Positions 17,978-27,331 are shown, counted from the first letter of the stretch. The stretch: DNA of 56,048 nucleotides from Bdellovibrionota bacterium (GCA_044347345.1 JBIKUX010000018.1:1-56048); one strand, 5' to 3'. Notes: generated by a model not told the origin, from the letters alone. A program made the numbers and translations.

Positions 17978-19864
17978 CTAAGAGGGTAATAGCGTCAGGC
18001 AAAAGGCAACAACAAATATAGCCATACTAGCGACAATTGTTGCTACCAGAGGATTAGCCTTACGATGACCCTTTAGATAAATCTGCTGCACTATACTAAT
18101 TAAATTATTTACCAACCAGTAAAGTACTAAACCGGCTGGCATCGGAAAAACTATAAACATTCCCGTAAAAATAACAGGCATAAAAAGCATGACCTTCTGT
18201 TGAGTAGGATCCATAGTCGTCTTGGGCTGTGACCACTGCTGAAAGAACATACTAATCCCTAGTAAAATAATCATAATAGGGATAGGAATACCAAATAGTA
18301 AAAGTCGCTCTGGACTCGAAAGATCATGAATCCACAAAGCAAACGGCTCATGGCGCAACTCAATTGATTGCAAAAGAGCGTTATACAAACCTAAAAATAC
18401 CGGTATCTGAATAAGAACAGGTAAACATCCACCAAGAGGATTCACCCCTTTTCGCTTGTAGAGAGCCATTAGCTCCTGATTTAACTGAGTCGCATCTTTA
18501 ACACGCTCCCTTAATGCTTGCACCTCCGGCTGAATTTCTTGCATAGCTGCCATTGACTCAAAGCTTTTTCGAGTTAAAGGAAGAAAAAGAAGCTTGATTG
18601 CCAACGTTAGCAATATAATTGCAAGCCCATAGTTGCCAATAATAGCATAAAAAAACTTCATTACAGCCAAAAGCGGAGAGGCTAGGAAAGCAAAATAACC
18701 AAGGTCAACCGCTCGATGTAAACTACCACCAGCAGCTTTCAAATTTTCAGTAGCCCTAGGTCCTCCGTAAAAAAGAATCGATTGGTCGGGAGCTGCATAA
18801 GCAGATAAAATATAAGCTATTCCACCTGCAACAGGATTTGTCGCCAGCGCAAATGGTGAAGCTATTTTTTGAGGAGAACTTTGATAATGAGCTAGAGCTG
18901 CTAAAAAATACTTACTTCCTATACCAACCCATTGAGACAATGGGAACTCTTGTGAAGGGACTGGGTCTTTTAGCGGTATAGTTTTAACAGAATCTTCATT
19001 GGTTAAATAAGATAGTGTAAGGGGGTCAAATGAGTGGCGAGCTTCTTCTTGAGAAACAAAAGAGCCCCACTTAATTTGTACACTGGGAACACTTTCGACC
19101 TTTGCACTAACAACTATTCCATAAGAAGAATCAAAGAAGGTAATTCTCTTTATTATTTCAGATGTTCCTATAGAACCCTTTAAAGTAAGTACTAATGGAC
19201 TTTCTTTACTTACTGTATACTCAGAAGAGTTTCCACCAACTGGGCTACCATCAGCACTCCAAGCATAAACTACTCCTCCATCATCACTACCACTTGCACC
19301 AACAGAAACTCCTAAAGGAAAATCCATTCCTTCTTGTACATGTACCATCTCTACCAGTGAAGACTCAGAAATCTTATCAACATGCTTTTCATGCGCTCGG
19401 TAGTTCTTAAGAAGGAGAGAAGTAATCCGTCCACCTAAAGATGACATCTTAGCGGTATACAGAGATGTCTTTACAATTATTGAAGGAGACGACTTTACTG
19501 AAGCAAGCGAAGGGCCTTGATTAAAATTACTACTTGGTACCACCCTATTTACCAAATCTGTCTGAGACTCCGTCGTACTATTTGGTAATGTGGCACCGGT
19601 TGTAATATTCTGGTTAGGATTAGCAGAATCTTGCCGCTTAGATGAATCGACACGCTGTGAATTAAGCGCCTGTGAATTTGATGATTGAGAATTTGGTGAT
19701 TGAGAATTTGGTGATTGAGAATACTGAGAGCGACTTGGCGCCATTACTAGGTGTTCGTATGAAAACACCACCAAGATGCAAATCAATATTGCCAACGCTG
19801 TGCGGGAGTCAAAGGTAGTTTTTTTAGATTTCATAGGTGAGGAAGATACCCGGCTGCAAGACAA
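17978..19864 (-). CDS. yidC: Membrane protein insertase YidC
   Basis: NYGLAIILLT, NPLGGCLPVLIQIPVF, PFALWIHDLS, GLVLYW; synteny; likely start ATG 19834. Confidence 0.95.
   Translation of the reverse strand: MSCSRVSSSPMKSKKTTFDSRTALAILICILVVFSYEHLVMAPSRSQYSQSPNSQSPNSQSSNSQALNSQRVDSSKRQDSANPNQNITTGATLPNSTTESQTDLVNRVVPSSNFNQGPSLASVKSSPSIIVKTSLYTAKMSSLGGRITSLLLKNYRAHEKHVDKISESSLVEMVHVQEGMDFPLGVSVGASGSDDGGVVYAWSADGSPVGGNSSEYTVSKESPLVLTLKGSIGTSEIIKRITFFDSSYGIVVSAKVESVPSVQIKWGSFVSQEEARHSFDPLTLSYLTNEDSVKTIPLKDPVPSQEFPLSQWVGIGSKYFLAALAHYQSSPQKIASPFALATNPVAGGIAYILSAYAAPDQSILFYGGPRATENLKAAGGSLHRAVDLGYFAFLASPLLAVMKFFYAIIGNYGLAIILLTLAIKLLFLPLTRKSFESMAAMQEIQPEVQALRERVKDATQLNQELMALYKRKGVNPLGGCLPVLIQIPVFLGLYNALLQSIELRHEPFALWIHDLSSPERLLLFGIPIPIMIILLGISMFFQQWSQPKTTMDPTQQKVMLFMPVIFTGMFIVFPMPAGLVLYWLVNNLISIVQQIYLKGHRKANPLVATIVASMAIFVVAFCLTLLPS
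19656..19725. repeat. 15-bp in-frame tandem repeat in yidC (SQSPN units)
   Basis: TGATTGAGAATTTGG at 19682 and 19697, partial copy at 19712, plus degenerate copies. Confidence 0.85.
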
Positions 19865-19900
19865 ATGGCCACTATCAAATGACCCCTATCAAACAAAAAA

Positions 19901-20128
19901 TTATGTAAAGAATCTCTCTGGAACCGGATCGAATCCTCCCTTACACCACGGATGACAACGAATTAATCGTCTTAAGCTAATAAATACGCCTCGAACAAGA
20001 CCAAAACTTCTTATCGCTTCAATGGCATAATCTGAACAACATGGGTGGAATCTACACCGCTCTCCTAAAATGGGACTGACCAAGTACCGATAAATTCGAA
20101 TAAAAATAATAAAAATTCGACCCAACAT
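19901..20128 (-). CDS. yidD: Membrane protein insertion efficiency factor YidD
   Basis: CRFHPCCSDY, RCHPW..GGFDPVP; lies between rnpA and yidC. Confidence 0.95.
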   Translation of the reverse strand: MLGRIFIIFIRIYRYLVSPILGERCRFHPCCSDYAIEAIRSFGLVRGVFISLRRLIRCHPWCKGGFDPVPERFFT

Positions 20129-20131
20129 TAA

Positions 20132-20542
20132 TCAACACTCATTCAAATGACAATTATTTAATATTCGGCTCGAATAAACTCGTTGTGGATAGATTCGGCG
20201 TGCCAATTTAAGAGCACTAATTTCATACTGCTTCTGCAGTAATTTAAACGGAGCGAATATGGCTTCAGGTTTAGCGATAACAACAAAATCAATACCCGCG
20301 AGATCTGCTTTAAAAGATTTTCTAAAAAGTGCTCTAATTCTTCTTTTAAATAAATTCCTCTTAACAGCTTTTTTCTCACATCGCCTGGATACCGTTATTC
20401 CTATTCGCGGAAAAGACTCCAATGAGGTGGCTCCAATCAAAACGAAGTATTCATTATGAATTTTTTTGCCATTTTGCTGAATACTGACAAAGTGCTTTCT
20501 GTTTAAAACCCTGTCAGTCTTACCAAGCTTTTCTGTCATCAA
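20132..20542 (-). CDS. rnpA: Ribonuclease P protein component
   Basis: RIGITVSRR..KAVKRNLFKRRIR (RNR motif); synteny. Confidence 0.93.
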   Translation of the reverse strand: MMTEKLGKTDRVLNRKHFVSIQQNGKKIHNEYFVLIGATSLESFPRIGITVSRRCEKKAVKRNLFKRRIRALFRKSFKADLAGIDFVVIAKPEAIFAPFKLLQKQYEISALKLARRIYPQRVYSSRILNNCHLNEC

Positions 20543-20576
20543 GTCGAACTGATATCAAATATCATATTTGATGCTG

Positions 20577-20738
20577 CTACTTGTAATGCCCTTTTCTAGG
20601 CGTAGTTACGGCTATCTGATGACGACCTTTTCTTCGACGAGCACTCAATACCTTGCGACCACCTTTCGTAGCCATTCGGGCTCGAAAACCGTGGGTAGTT
20701 CGACGGCTTTTATTATGAGGTTGATACGTTCGCTTCAT
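20577..20738 (-). CDS. rpmH: 50S ribosomal protein L34 (not in ORF track)
   Basis: Manual translation [60 protein letters not shown] upstream. Confidence 0.97.
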   Translation of the reverse strand: MKRTYQPHNKSRRTTHGFRARMATKGGRKVLSARRRKGRHQIAVTTPRKGHYK

Positions 20739-20847
20739 TAAAATACTCCACTAATAACAGCTCATAAAACTACCTTCAGAGTAAACTTTATGCAATAGAA
20801 TCCAAAATAGATTCTGTTTTTCCGCCTAAAACAGTGACCTTTAGCTT

Positions 20848-21813
20848 TCAATAAAAAGCCTCATCCTTAAGTAAGTAGGATTGCACATATTCTTTAATTC
20901 CTTCTTCTAACGAGGTAAACGGCTTGGAAAAACCAGCGTTCCTAAGTGAATCCATTTTTGCTTCAGTAAAGTATTGATATTGTCCTATAAGGTTTTCTGG
21001 CATTGGAATGTAAGCAATAGAGCGTGGAATGTTTAAGGCATCACATAAAGCATTAGCCAAATCATTCCAAGTTCGAGCATTGCCAGTACCTACATTAAAT
21101 AATCCTGTAATATTTGGATGTTGGCACAACCACCATAAAACCTCAGTACAATCTTTAACATAGATAAAATCACGCCTTTGCTCCCCATCTCCGTAATCTG
21201 AGCGGTATGATTTAAACAACTTCATGGATCCAGTTGAATGAAGCTGATGGAAACCATGATAAGCTACACTTCTCTGACTACCCTTATGATACTCGTTTGG
21301 ACCGTAAACATTGAAAAATTTTAATCCAGCACCAACTTTTGGTAAATAACGAGTCATCCAGCAATCGACCAAGTGCTTTGAAAATCCATATCGATTTAAC
21401 GGTGTAAGCTTTTCTAAAGGGCCAAACTGATCATCAAATCCGTTCTCCCCTGCTCCGTAAGTAGCAGCACTACTTGCATAAATAAATCTAACTCCTTGAG
21501 CAGCGCAATATTTTGCTATCCTTTGGGTAAATTGAACATTATTACGGAGCAGATATTCCCCGTCTATCACAGTAGTACTAGAAGAAGCTCCTAAATGAAT
21601 AACAGCTTCAGGAATACCAAACTTACGTTGCTCCAAAGCATCAAGAAAGGCATCTTTATGCAAGTATTCTCTAAATCGCTTTCCCCGCAAGTTACGCCAC
21701 TTTTCACTCTCACCAATCGAGTCTACCAAAACAATGTCGTCAACTCCCGCTTCATTTAGCCGAGAAACAAAACAACTGCCGATAAATCCAGCGCCTCCGG
21801 TGACTATATACAT
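20848..21813 (-). CDS. hldD: ADP-L-glycero-D-manno-heptose 6-epimerase
   Basis: VTGGAGFIGS, YASSAATYG, PLNRYGFSK, FFNVYGPNEYHKG, YQYFTEA. Confidence 0.95.
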   Translation of the reverse strand: MYIVTGGAGFIGSCFVSRLNEAGVDDIVLVDSIGESEKWRNLRGKRFREYLHKDAFLDALEQRKFGIPEAVIHLGASSSTTVIDGEYLLRNNVQFTQRIAKYCAAQGVRFIYASSAATYGAGENGFDDQFGPLEKLTPLNRYGFSKHLVDCWMTRYLPKVGAGLKFFNVYGPNEYHKGSQRSVAYHGFHQLHSTGSMKLFKSYRSDYGDGEQRRDFIYVKDCTEVLWWLCQHPNITGLFNVGTGNARTWNDLANALCDALNIPRSIAYIPMPENLIGQYQYFTEAKMDSLRNAGFSKPFTSLEEGIKEYVQSYLLKDEAFY

Positions 21814-21849
21814 AGATTATCCGTACACATTTATTTTCTATCGACATGG

Positions 21850-23712
21850 TTATGGAGCAGAATGTTTCACTGCTACGCCTAACCTTCGATGATCAGCACT
21901 AATACCACGCTCTTGTGGCGAAGACACTCTAATCGGACATACAAATACATCATCGCCCGCTGATAATTTTAGTTTATCGAGAGCAACTATCTTCCACTCA
22001 CCTGAAACAAGACTAACTTTAACGAAGTTATCTCCAAAAAGAGACTTAGCTGACCTAATAGTGACTTGCTGATCTTGCCAGGGCGAAAATAAGGATAGCT
22101 GAGCTGGATTAGCCATTCTAATTTTTCCTAAACGATTAGAAATCCAACAATAATCCTGTCCTTTTTCAGGAATACACTCTTCTGTAAGAACTCTGTCTGG
22201 GCATCCATCATTAGAACTAATATCGCGGTACACATAGATTGATGGATTGCGGGTGATACGCTGAGCACCGTCTATGCCTTCAAATTTTTTTTCTAACTTC
22301 CACCCATTACCTTCAGCAAAAGGAATATGACTAACAACCCAAGAAAAACCCTCATATTTTGACATTTCGAGAGAATCAGTCTTTTTTAAAGTAACTCCTG
22401 GTATGCGTAGCACTGACGGAGCAAACCTTAATGCTGGATCCACGGCAGCGTCTTCAAGGGCATGATTTGCTGATTTTAAATACCACTCGTTAAATAATTC
22501 CCGAGTTTCAACAGTATTTCTTTTCTCAGCTCTAACCCTGAGAACGGCACCTGCTTGCTCTATCACTACCAACAAAATTAGTAGATAAGTCATAAAAATT
22601 GGTAATCTTTTGCGAATTACGGTTAATCCAAAACCTATCGAAACAATAAACCAGGGAAAAAGCACTAACATATTGCGCTCAAAATTGGCTCGCTGCATTG
22701 ACATCAACCACAAATAAAGAACTGGGAAAAATAGAAAAACAATTCCTAATCGGGGATTTTTAACCAAAGAGCTAATTGAACCAGTGACAGCAATCAATGC
22801 GGCAACTATTCCAACTCCACTTTTTCCCCACCACCTCAAATAAAAAAATAGCTGTGATAATCCAGGCTCTCCGTCATGACCTTCATGCCCAGCTATGCCG
22901 TAGTGCCAAAGTTCATAAGCAACATGATTGAGAAAAAGGGGTAATTCAGAAACGAGATATGGAGAAGAACAGATAAAAACAACCCAAGGTCCGAATAAAA
23001 CAAAAATTAAGGCTAGAGGAGAAAAATTTATTGGCCTACGGGCTAAAAGCGCGACTAAGGGCAAAAAAATGATAGGTAACGCGTTATACTTAGATCCAAT
23101 TGCCGCACCCGCTCCAATGACTGAAGTTATTAAGGCTCCCCGATGCCCACTTAGTACATAAAGCAAACTTCCTAAAAGACAGGTGCCTGCAAAAAAAGTC
23201 ATCGGTGAATCAACTCCGATAACTGGTGCCTCTGCAAGTAGTGCCGGACTTAATAACCACACCAAACAAGTACCAATTAATGGCAGCAAAGCAGAAGCGT
23301 TCAACAATGATATTATAAAAAGTGCTACTCCAAGAGCCCCAGCCATAAGGGTCACACTAAAGAGTCGGTTTGCTTTAACCATACCTGGATGACTAGATGC
23401 CAGAGCATAGCCACCAATTCCGTGCGGATCACTCGTTACCACATCAGAAATAAGTCGAGCGCGACCTTCCCGAACCTCATTGAGAAACGACACCGCAACT
23501 ACGGGCATCCGAAGATAAAAATGCAGGGAAGGTTTTAAAAAATAATGAGGATTATAATCTCCTCTTTTCACCATATTTACTACTCTGTTAAAATGATGAG
23601 CCTCATCTTCGTTGTAGAAATAAGGTAATCCACCAGAAGAAATGCTTGGCCACCACATAACTACTGATAAAATGCTTGATATAAACCAGATAAAAACAAT
23701 GTGTAATCGCAT
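21850..23712 (-). CDS. GT-C fold membrane glycosyltransferase (ArnT/PMT-like)
   Basis: N-terminal TM, NEDE acidic motif, YNPHYF..P, multiple TMs with SKYN, soluble C-terminal domain. Confidence 0.7.
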   Translation of the reverse strand: MRLHIVFIWFISSILSVVMWWPSISSGGLPYFYNEDEAHHFNRVVNMVKRGDYNPHYFLKPSLHFYLRMPVVAVSFLNEVREGRARLISDVVTSDPHGIGGYALASSHPGMVKANRLFSVTLMAGALGVALFIISLLNASALLPLIGTCLVWLLSPALLAEAPVIGVDSPMTFFAGTCLLGSLLYVLSGHRGALITSVIGAGAAIGSKYNALPIIFLPLVALLARRPINFSPLALIFVLFGPWVVFICSSPYLVSELPLFLNHVAYELWHYGIAGHEGHDGEPGLSQLFFYLRWWGKSGVGIVAALIAVTGSISSLVKNPRLGIVFLFFPVLYLWLMSMQRANFERNMLVLFPWFIVSIGFGLTVIRKRLPIFMTYLLILLVVIEQAGAVLRVRAEKRNTVETRELFNEWYLKSANHALEDAAVDPALRFAPSVLRIPGVTLKKTDSLEMSKYEGFSWVVSHIPFAEGNGWKLEKKFEGIDGAQRITRNPSIYVYRDISSNDGCPDRVLTEECIPEKGQDYCWISNRLGKIRMANPAQLSLFSPWQDQQVTIRSAKSLFGDNFVKVSLVSGEWKIVALDKLKLSAGDDVFVCPIRVSSPQERGISADHRRLGVAVKHSAP

Positions 23713-23761
23713 AGGGTAAATAAGACTAGCTCTTTAAAAAAACTCGGAGTAAACTGGTCGT

Positions 23762-24301
23762 ATGACAATATCAGATGTAAATGCAACTGGCTTCCTGCAC
23801 ACTAAGCTGGAATCATTTCTTGGCTTTGTGCGTAAGTATTCATTATTTCCCTACCCATTTGTTACTGCCTGCTGCGGCATGGAATACATGGCTGTAAGTT
23901 GTGCCCACTATGATACCGACCGATTCGGTGCTGCGCTACCTCGCTTTACTCCTCGCCAATCAGATCTGCTTATGGTGGTGGGAACAGTCAATCATAAATT
24001 AGCTCCGGTGTTGCTAAGAGTCTACGAACAAATGACTGAACCTAAATGGGTGGTAGCTTTTGGAGCATGCGCTTCCTCTGGAGGGTTTTATGACAATTAT
24101 ACAACAGTGGCCGGAATCGATAAAATCATCCCCGTCGATATGTATATTCCGGGTTGTCCGCCGCGACCTGAAACAGTGATTGATGCTCTCATGCAGTTGC
24201 AATCACGAATCCGATCTTCCCATCAACCTATTTTAAACAGTGATGGTGGAACTCAGTATCATCCTACTCTTTCAGGGCTTCTAGGAAAGCCGATTGTCTA
24301 A
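23762..24301 (+). CDS. nuoB: NADH-quinone oxidoreductase subunit B
   Basis: TACCGME, PRQSDL, GACASSGG, YIPGCPPRPE. Confidence 0.93.
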   Translation: MTISDVNATGFLHTKLESFLGFVRKYSLFPYPFVTACCGMEYMAVSCAHYDTDRFGAALPRFTPRQSDLLMVVGTVNHKLAPVLLRVYEQMTEPKWVVAFGACASSGGFYDNYTTVAGIDKIIPVDMYIPGCPPRPETVIDALMQLQSRIRSSHQPILNSDGGTQYHPTLSGLLGKPIV

Positions 24302-24404
24302 AACTTAATAGATTAACGTTTACTGAGTAACGATTTCACGGTTCTTCTTTTACAGTGTCTTTATAACCTCTTCTAAAAACCGACAATTTATTTACATAAA
24401 ATTA

Positions 24405-24432
24405 AAAGGGCTTGTAGTTAAACAAGCCCTTT
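24405..24432. terminator. Probable bidirectional terminator between nuoB and pilA
   Basis: AAAGGGCTTGT-agttaa-ACAAGCCCTTT perfect 11-bp stem. Confidence 0.8.
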
Positions 24433-24451
24433 CGAACTAATTTGCTAGGAG

Positions 24452-24850
24452 TTATTGAGCGCAAGCACCTACAATTCCTTTATTCAAACTGTTCCACTCT
24501 GCACCATCTCCGTTGTTACCACACGCAGCTGAACCTTTGGTGTTTTTAACTGCAACCTCAAATGACTCTCCGTCAGCAGCGGCTGTAGGGCCCCTGGAAA
24601 CCGTAGAATGAGTCGATAAAGTAGCTCCCCGAGCCTCAGCAAGCTGTTTTGTTATCCCAGTAAAGGAACCAAAGTCAGCATAATATGCTTCTGTAGCTAT
24701 AGCATATGAACGTACATCAGACCGCGCTCGCGCATCGTAACCACGCTGTCGATACAGAGCAAACTGGGGGATCGCTATGGAAGCTAGAATTCCAATTATC
24801 GCGACTACAACTAAAAGCTCAATCAAGGTAAAACCTTTAACTCTTTTCAT
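24452..24850 (-). CDS. pilA: Type IVa major pilin
   Basis: MKRVKG/FTLIELLVVVAIIGILASIAIP class III signal peptide with E5; C-terminal Cys pair; GAGG RBS before ATG 24850 (frame also open to ATG 24904). Confidence 0.9.
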   Translation of the reverse strand: MKRVKGFTLIELLVVVAIIGILASIAIPQFALYRQRGYDARARSDVRSYAIATEAYYADFGSFTGITKQLAEARGATLSTHSTVSRGPTAAADGESFEVAVKNTKGSAACGNNGDGAEWNSLNKGIVGACAQ

Positions 24851-25099
24851 ATCCTCACCATTCTCACTTTTAACACGCTTACTTAAAACCGACCTCGACC
24901 ACATTTCTCTGTTTCACTCAATTTCTCGGTGGTATCAACTGTACTGATTACTAGTAATGCACCACATTTGGCGACCCAGATTATTTTTCCAAATGCGCTG
25001 GCTCGTCCTACGTAAACCACGAAACATAACCCTGCTTGATGATGCCCTGAATTGAAAAATTACTCAGTTCACACACTCCAGAGTCGAACGAAAATCAAA

Positions 25100-25114
25100 G
25101 CAAAGACAGTGCCA
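25100..25114 (-). promoter_or_regulatory. Sigma54 -24/-12 promoter of pilA
   Basis: Minus strand TGGCAC-TGTCT-TTGC, exact consensus. Confidence 0.88.
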
Positions 25115-25181
25115 CCTTTCAAAATCGCTCAAACTGGTTGAAATTTCAAAGTATCGATACACCTGCGAAACTTTAGATGCT

Positions 25182-25235
25182 CGACACTTTTTGGCAGCAT
25201 GCCAAATTTTATCTTCTCTTTGACAATTTTTGTCA
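25182..25235. promoter_or_regulatory. Probable upstream activator (enhancer) sites
   Basis: TGACA-N5-TGTCA palindrome 25221-25235 plus imperfect CGACA-N5-TGGCA (25182) and TGCCA-N5-TATCT (25200), 70-120 bp upstream of -24. Confidence 0.6.
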
Positions 25236-27305
25236 GTCAGAAAGATTTTGAGATGCAATACCAAACTTTTGGAGTCGATAACGAAGGGATCTGGGATTTA
25301 AACCAAGCAGAGCGGCCGCATGCTTCCGTGAACCTTGCCCTTCCTGAATTGCGCGCATTAGATACTTACGTTCTAAATCTTCTAAGACAGTCTCTAGCTT
25401 TATGGGAAATTCAGAAACTGTTGTTGATGATGCTAAAGATGATGTTGCTAGAGATGACTGCGAACTCCCCCCCCCCAATTGATCAATATTTTCATCGGTA
25501 GAACCTTTTTTTATATACCGCTCAGTAACAGAGGCAGGAAAATGCTCCGGTAATATAACCTCCCCACCAAAAACAAGCGCTCGCTCAAGTATATTCTCAA
25601 GCTCTCGAACATTACCGGGGTAATCATAATGTAGGAGTATATCCATGGCAGCCGGAGATATAACAGGGGAACATCCATCCCTACTCTTGCGGTATGAATC
25701 AATATAAGATTTTACTAATAATAAAATATCTCCATCTCGCTCTCTGAGAGGAGGTAAAGTAATGTGAAGTACTTCAAGTCTATAAAACAGATCTTCCCGA
25801 AATAAACCTTCACTAATAAGTTCTCGTAAATTACGATTAGTAGCAGCTAAGATTCGAACGTTAACACTAATATCTTTCTCACCGCCTACCGGTCTTACAA
25901 CTCTCTCCTGAATGGCACGAAGTAATTTTGTCTGCATTGTAAGAGGTAGTTCTCCTACCTCATCAAAGAATATAGTTCCGCCTTCTGCTTCTCTAAAAAA
26001 ACCAAGAGAATCAACCACTGCACCGGTAAACGCTCCTTTTTTATGCCCAAAAAGAGCGCTTTCCATTAAATTATCCGGAATTGCTCCGCAATTTACCGCC
26101 ACAAAAGGCCCTTTAGACCTGGAGCTTAGTAAATGAATGCCCCTTGCTACCATTTCTTTTCCAGTTCCAGATTCACCAGTAATCAGCACTGTGGCATCAG
26201 ATGTAGATACCTTTTTAACCATAAAGATAACACGCCGAATAGCCTCACTTTCTCCAATAAAATTTGGAAGTGTTTCTGAAGACTCCGACTGTTCTTCAGC
26301 TGATAATAAACGTGCTATTTCTTCCTGCTGAGCAAGCTTTCTTTCTACAATTCGAAGTGCGGTAACATCCTTAATTACATACAAAAGAGGTGATTCATGA
26401 CGCTCTCCCAAATATCGCCCAGAAATAGAAAGTACTCTTTCTCCTCCAGTTTTACTCGGAATAACAACTTCTACTGGGACAACAAATGATGGTGACAGAG
26501 GTGAAACAAACGACGCAGATGAGATAAAGGGTAAAAATATTTCTCTAATTGAACGGCCAATTAAATGCTCCACTCCGTACCCAAGTAACTGCTCAACTCC
26601 TCTATTTACACTTGTAATAACAAAATCTATGCGAGCAGTAATTATTCCATCAGAAACACCATCGATTATATCTCGCTGTCTTAGACCTAAACTTTCGAGA
26701 TCTGCACGGGTTTGCTCAACTCTTTCACGCTCGTACCTAGCGGTACCAGATAAATAACTTATTCCAATAGTTGCAAGTACCAACGACGACAACAGACCAA
26801 CTAATTGTACAAGTATTCCTCCCTGAGGCTCTTGTAGAAATGTAAAGATAAAAGGCTGGGAGATAGCTCTATCAATCAAACCAATAGCTAAATATGCATA
26901 AAATAAACAAGCAATCAGCCCCACACCAAGTGCAAGATTGCGAGGCAATATTACCGCAGCTACCATTCCCTCGAGTAAATAAAGCAATAAAAACGGACTC
27001 TGAGGCCCTCCCGAGAGATAAACGATCCAAGAAACTTGAAAAACATCAAAGATACATCCAAACGCATTTAACCATAATTTAGAAACTTCTCGATAAGAAT
27101 ACCAAAACAACGCGACTGATCCGCAAAACATACATATCGCAAGGCATAGATGAAAAATCACCTGCCCCTCAGCAAACTTACCGGCTCGCAATAAGATAGA
27201 GACCGTAGCTGCAACTGTTAAAAAAATTCTGAAAAAACTTGCGAATCTGGAAGTACGCTTTGTTAAACTACTCTCTACACCTCCATCCGAAATAGGATGC
27301 CGCAT
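25233..27305 (-). CDS. Membrane-anchored sigma54 enhancer-binding protein: PilS-like TM sensor + PAS + PilR-like AAA+/HTH fusion
   Basis: About 6 TMs, PAS-like region, GESGTGKE, GAFTGA, FFDEVGE, FREDLFYRL, YPGNVRELEN, Fis-type HTH; occupies the pilS-pilR position. Confidence 0.85.
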   Translation of the reverse strand: MRHPISDGGVESSLTKRTSRFASFFRIFLTVAATVSILLRAGKFAEGQVIFHLCLAICMFCGSVALFWYSYREVSKLWLNAFGCIFDVFQVSWIVYLSGGPQSPFLLLYLLEGMVAAVILPRNLALGVGLIACLFYAYLAIGLIDRAISQPFIFTFLQEPQGGILVQLVGLLSSLVLATIGISYLSGTARYERERVEQTRADLESLGLRQRDIIDGVSDGIITARIDFVITSVNRGVEQLLGYGVEHLIGRSIREIFLPFISSASFVSPLSPSFVVPVEVVIPSKTGGERVLSISGRYLGERHESPLLYVIKDVTALRIVERKLAQQEEIARLLSAEEQSESSETLPNFIGESEAIRRVIFMVKKVSTSDATVLITGESGTGKEMVARGIHLLSSRSKGPFVAVNCGAIPDNLMESALFGHKKGAFTGAVVDSLGFFREAEGGTIFFDEVGELPLTMQTKLLRAIQERVVRPVGGEKDISVNVRILAATNRNLRELISEGLFREDLFYRLEVLHITLPPLRERDGDILLLVKSYIDSYRKSRDGCSPVISPAAMDILLHYDYPGNVRELENILERALVFGGEVILPEHFPASVTERYIKKGSTDENIDQLGGGSSQSSLATSSLASSTTVSEFPIKLETVLEDLERKYLMRAIQEGQGSRKHAAALLGLNPRSLRYRLQKFGIASQNLSD

Positions 27306-27331
27306 ATAATCACTGTACTAATTGGAATTTA

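Noticed and set aside
24452-24832. Conductive e-pilin: aromatics at mature positions 1, 24, 27, 32, 50, 51, 57
   Set aside because: Only 11 F/Y/W in 126 residues with a long aromatic-free gap; these positions are common in deltaproteobacterial pilins; no multiheme cytochromes nearby
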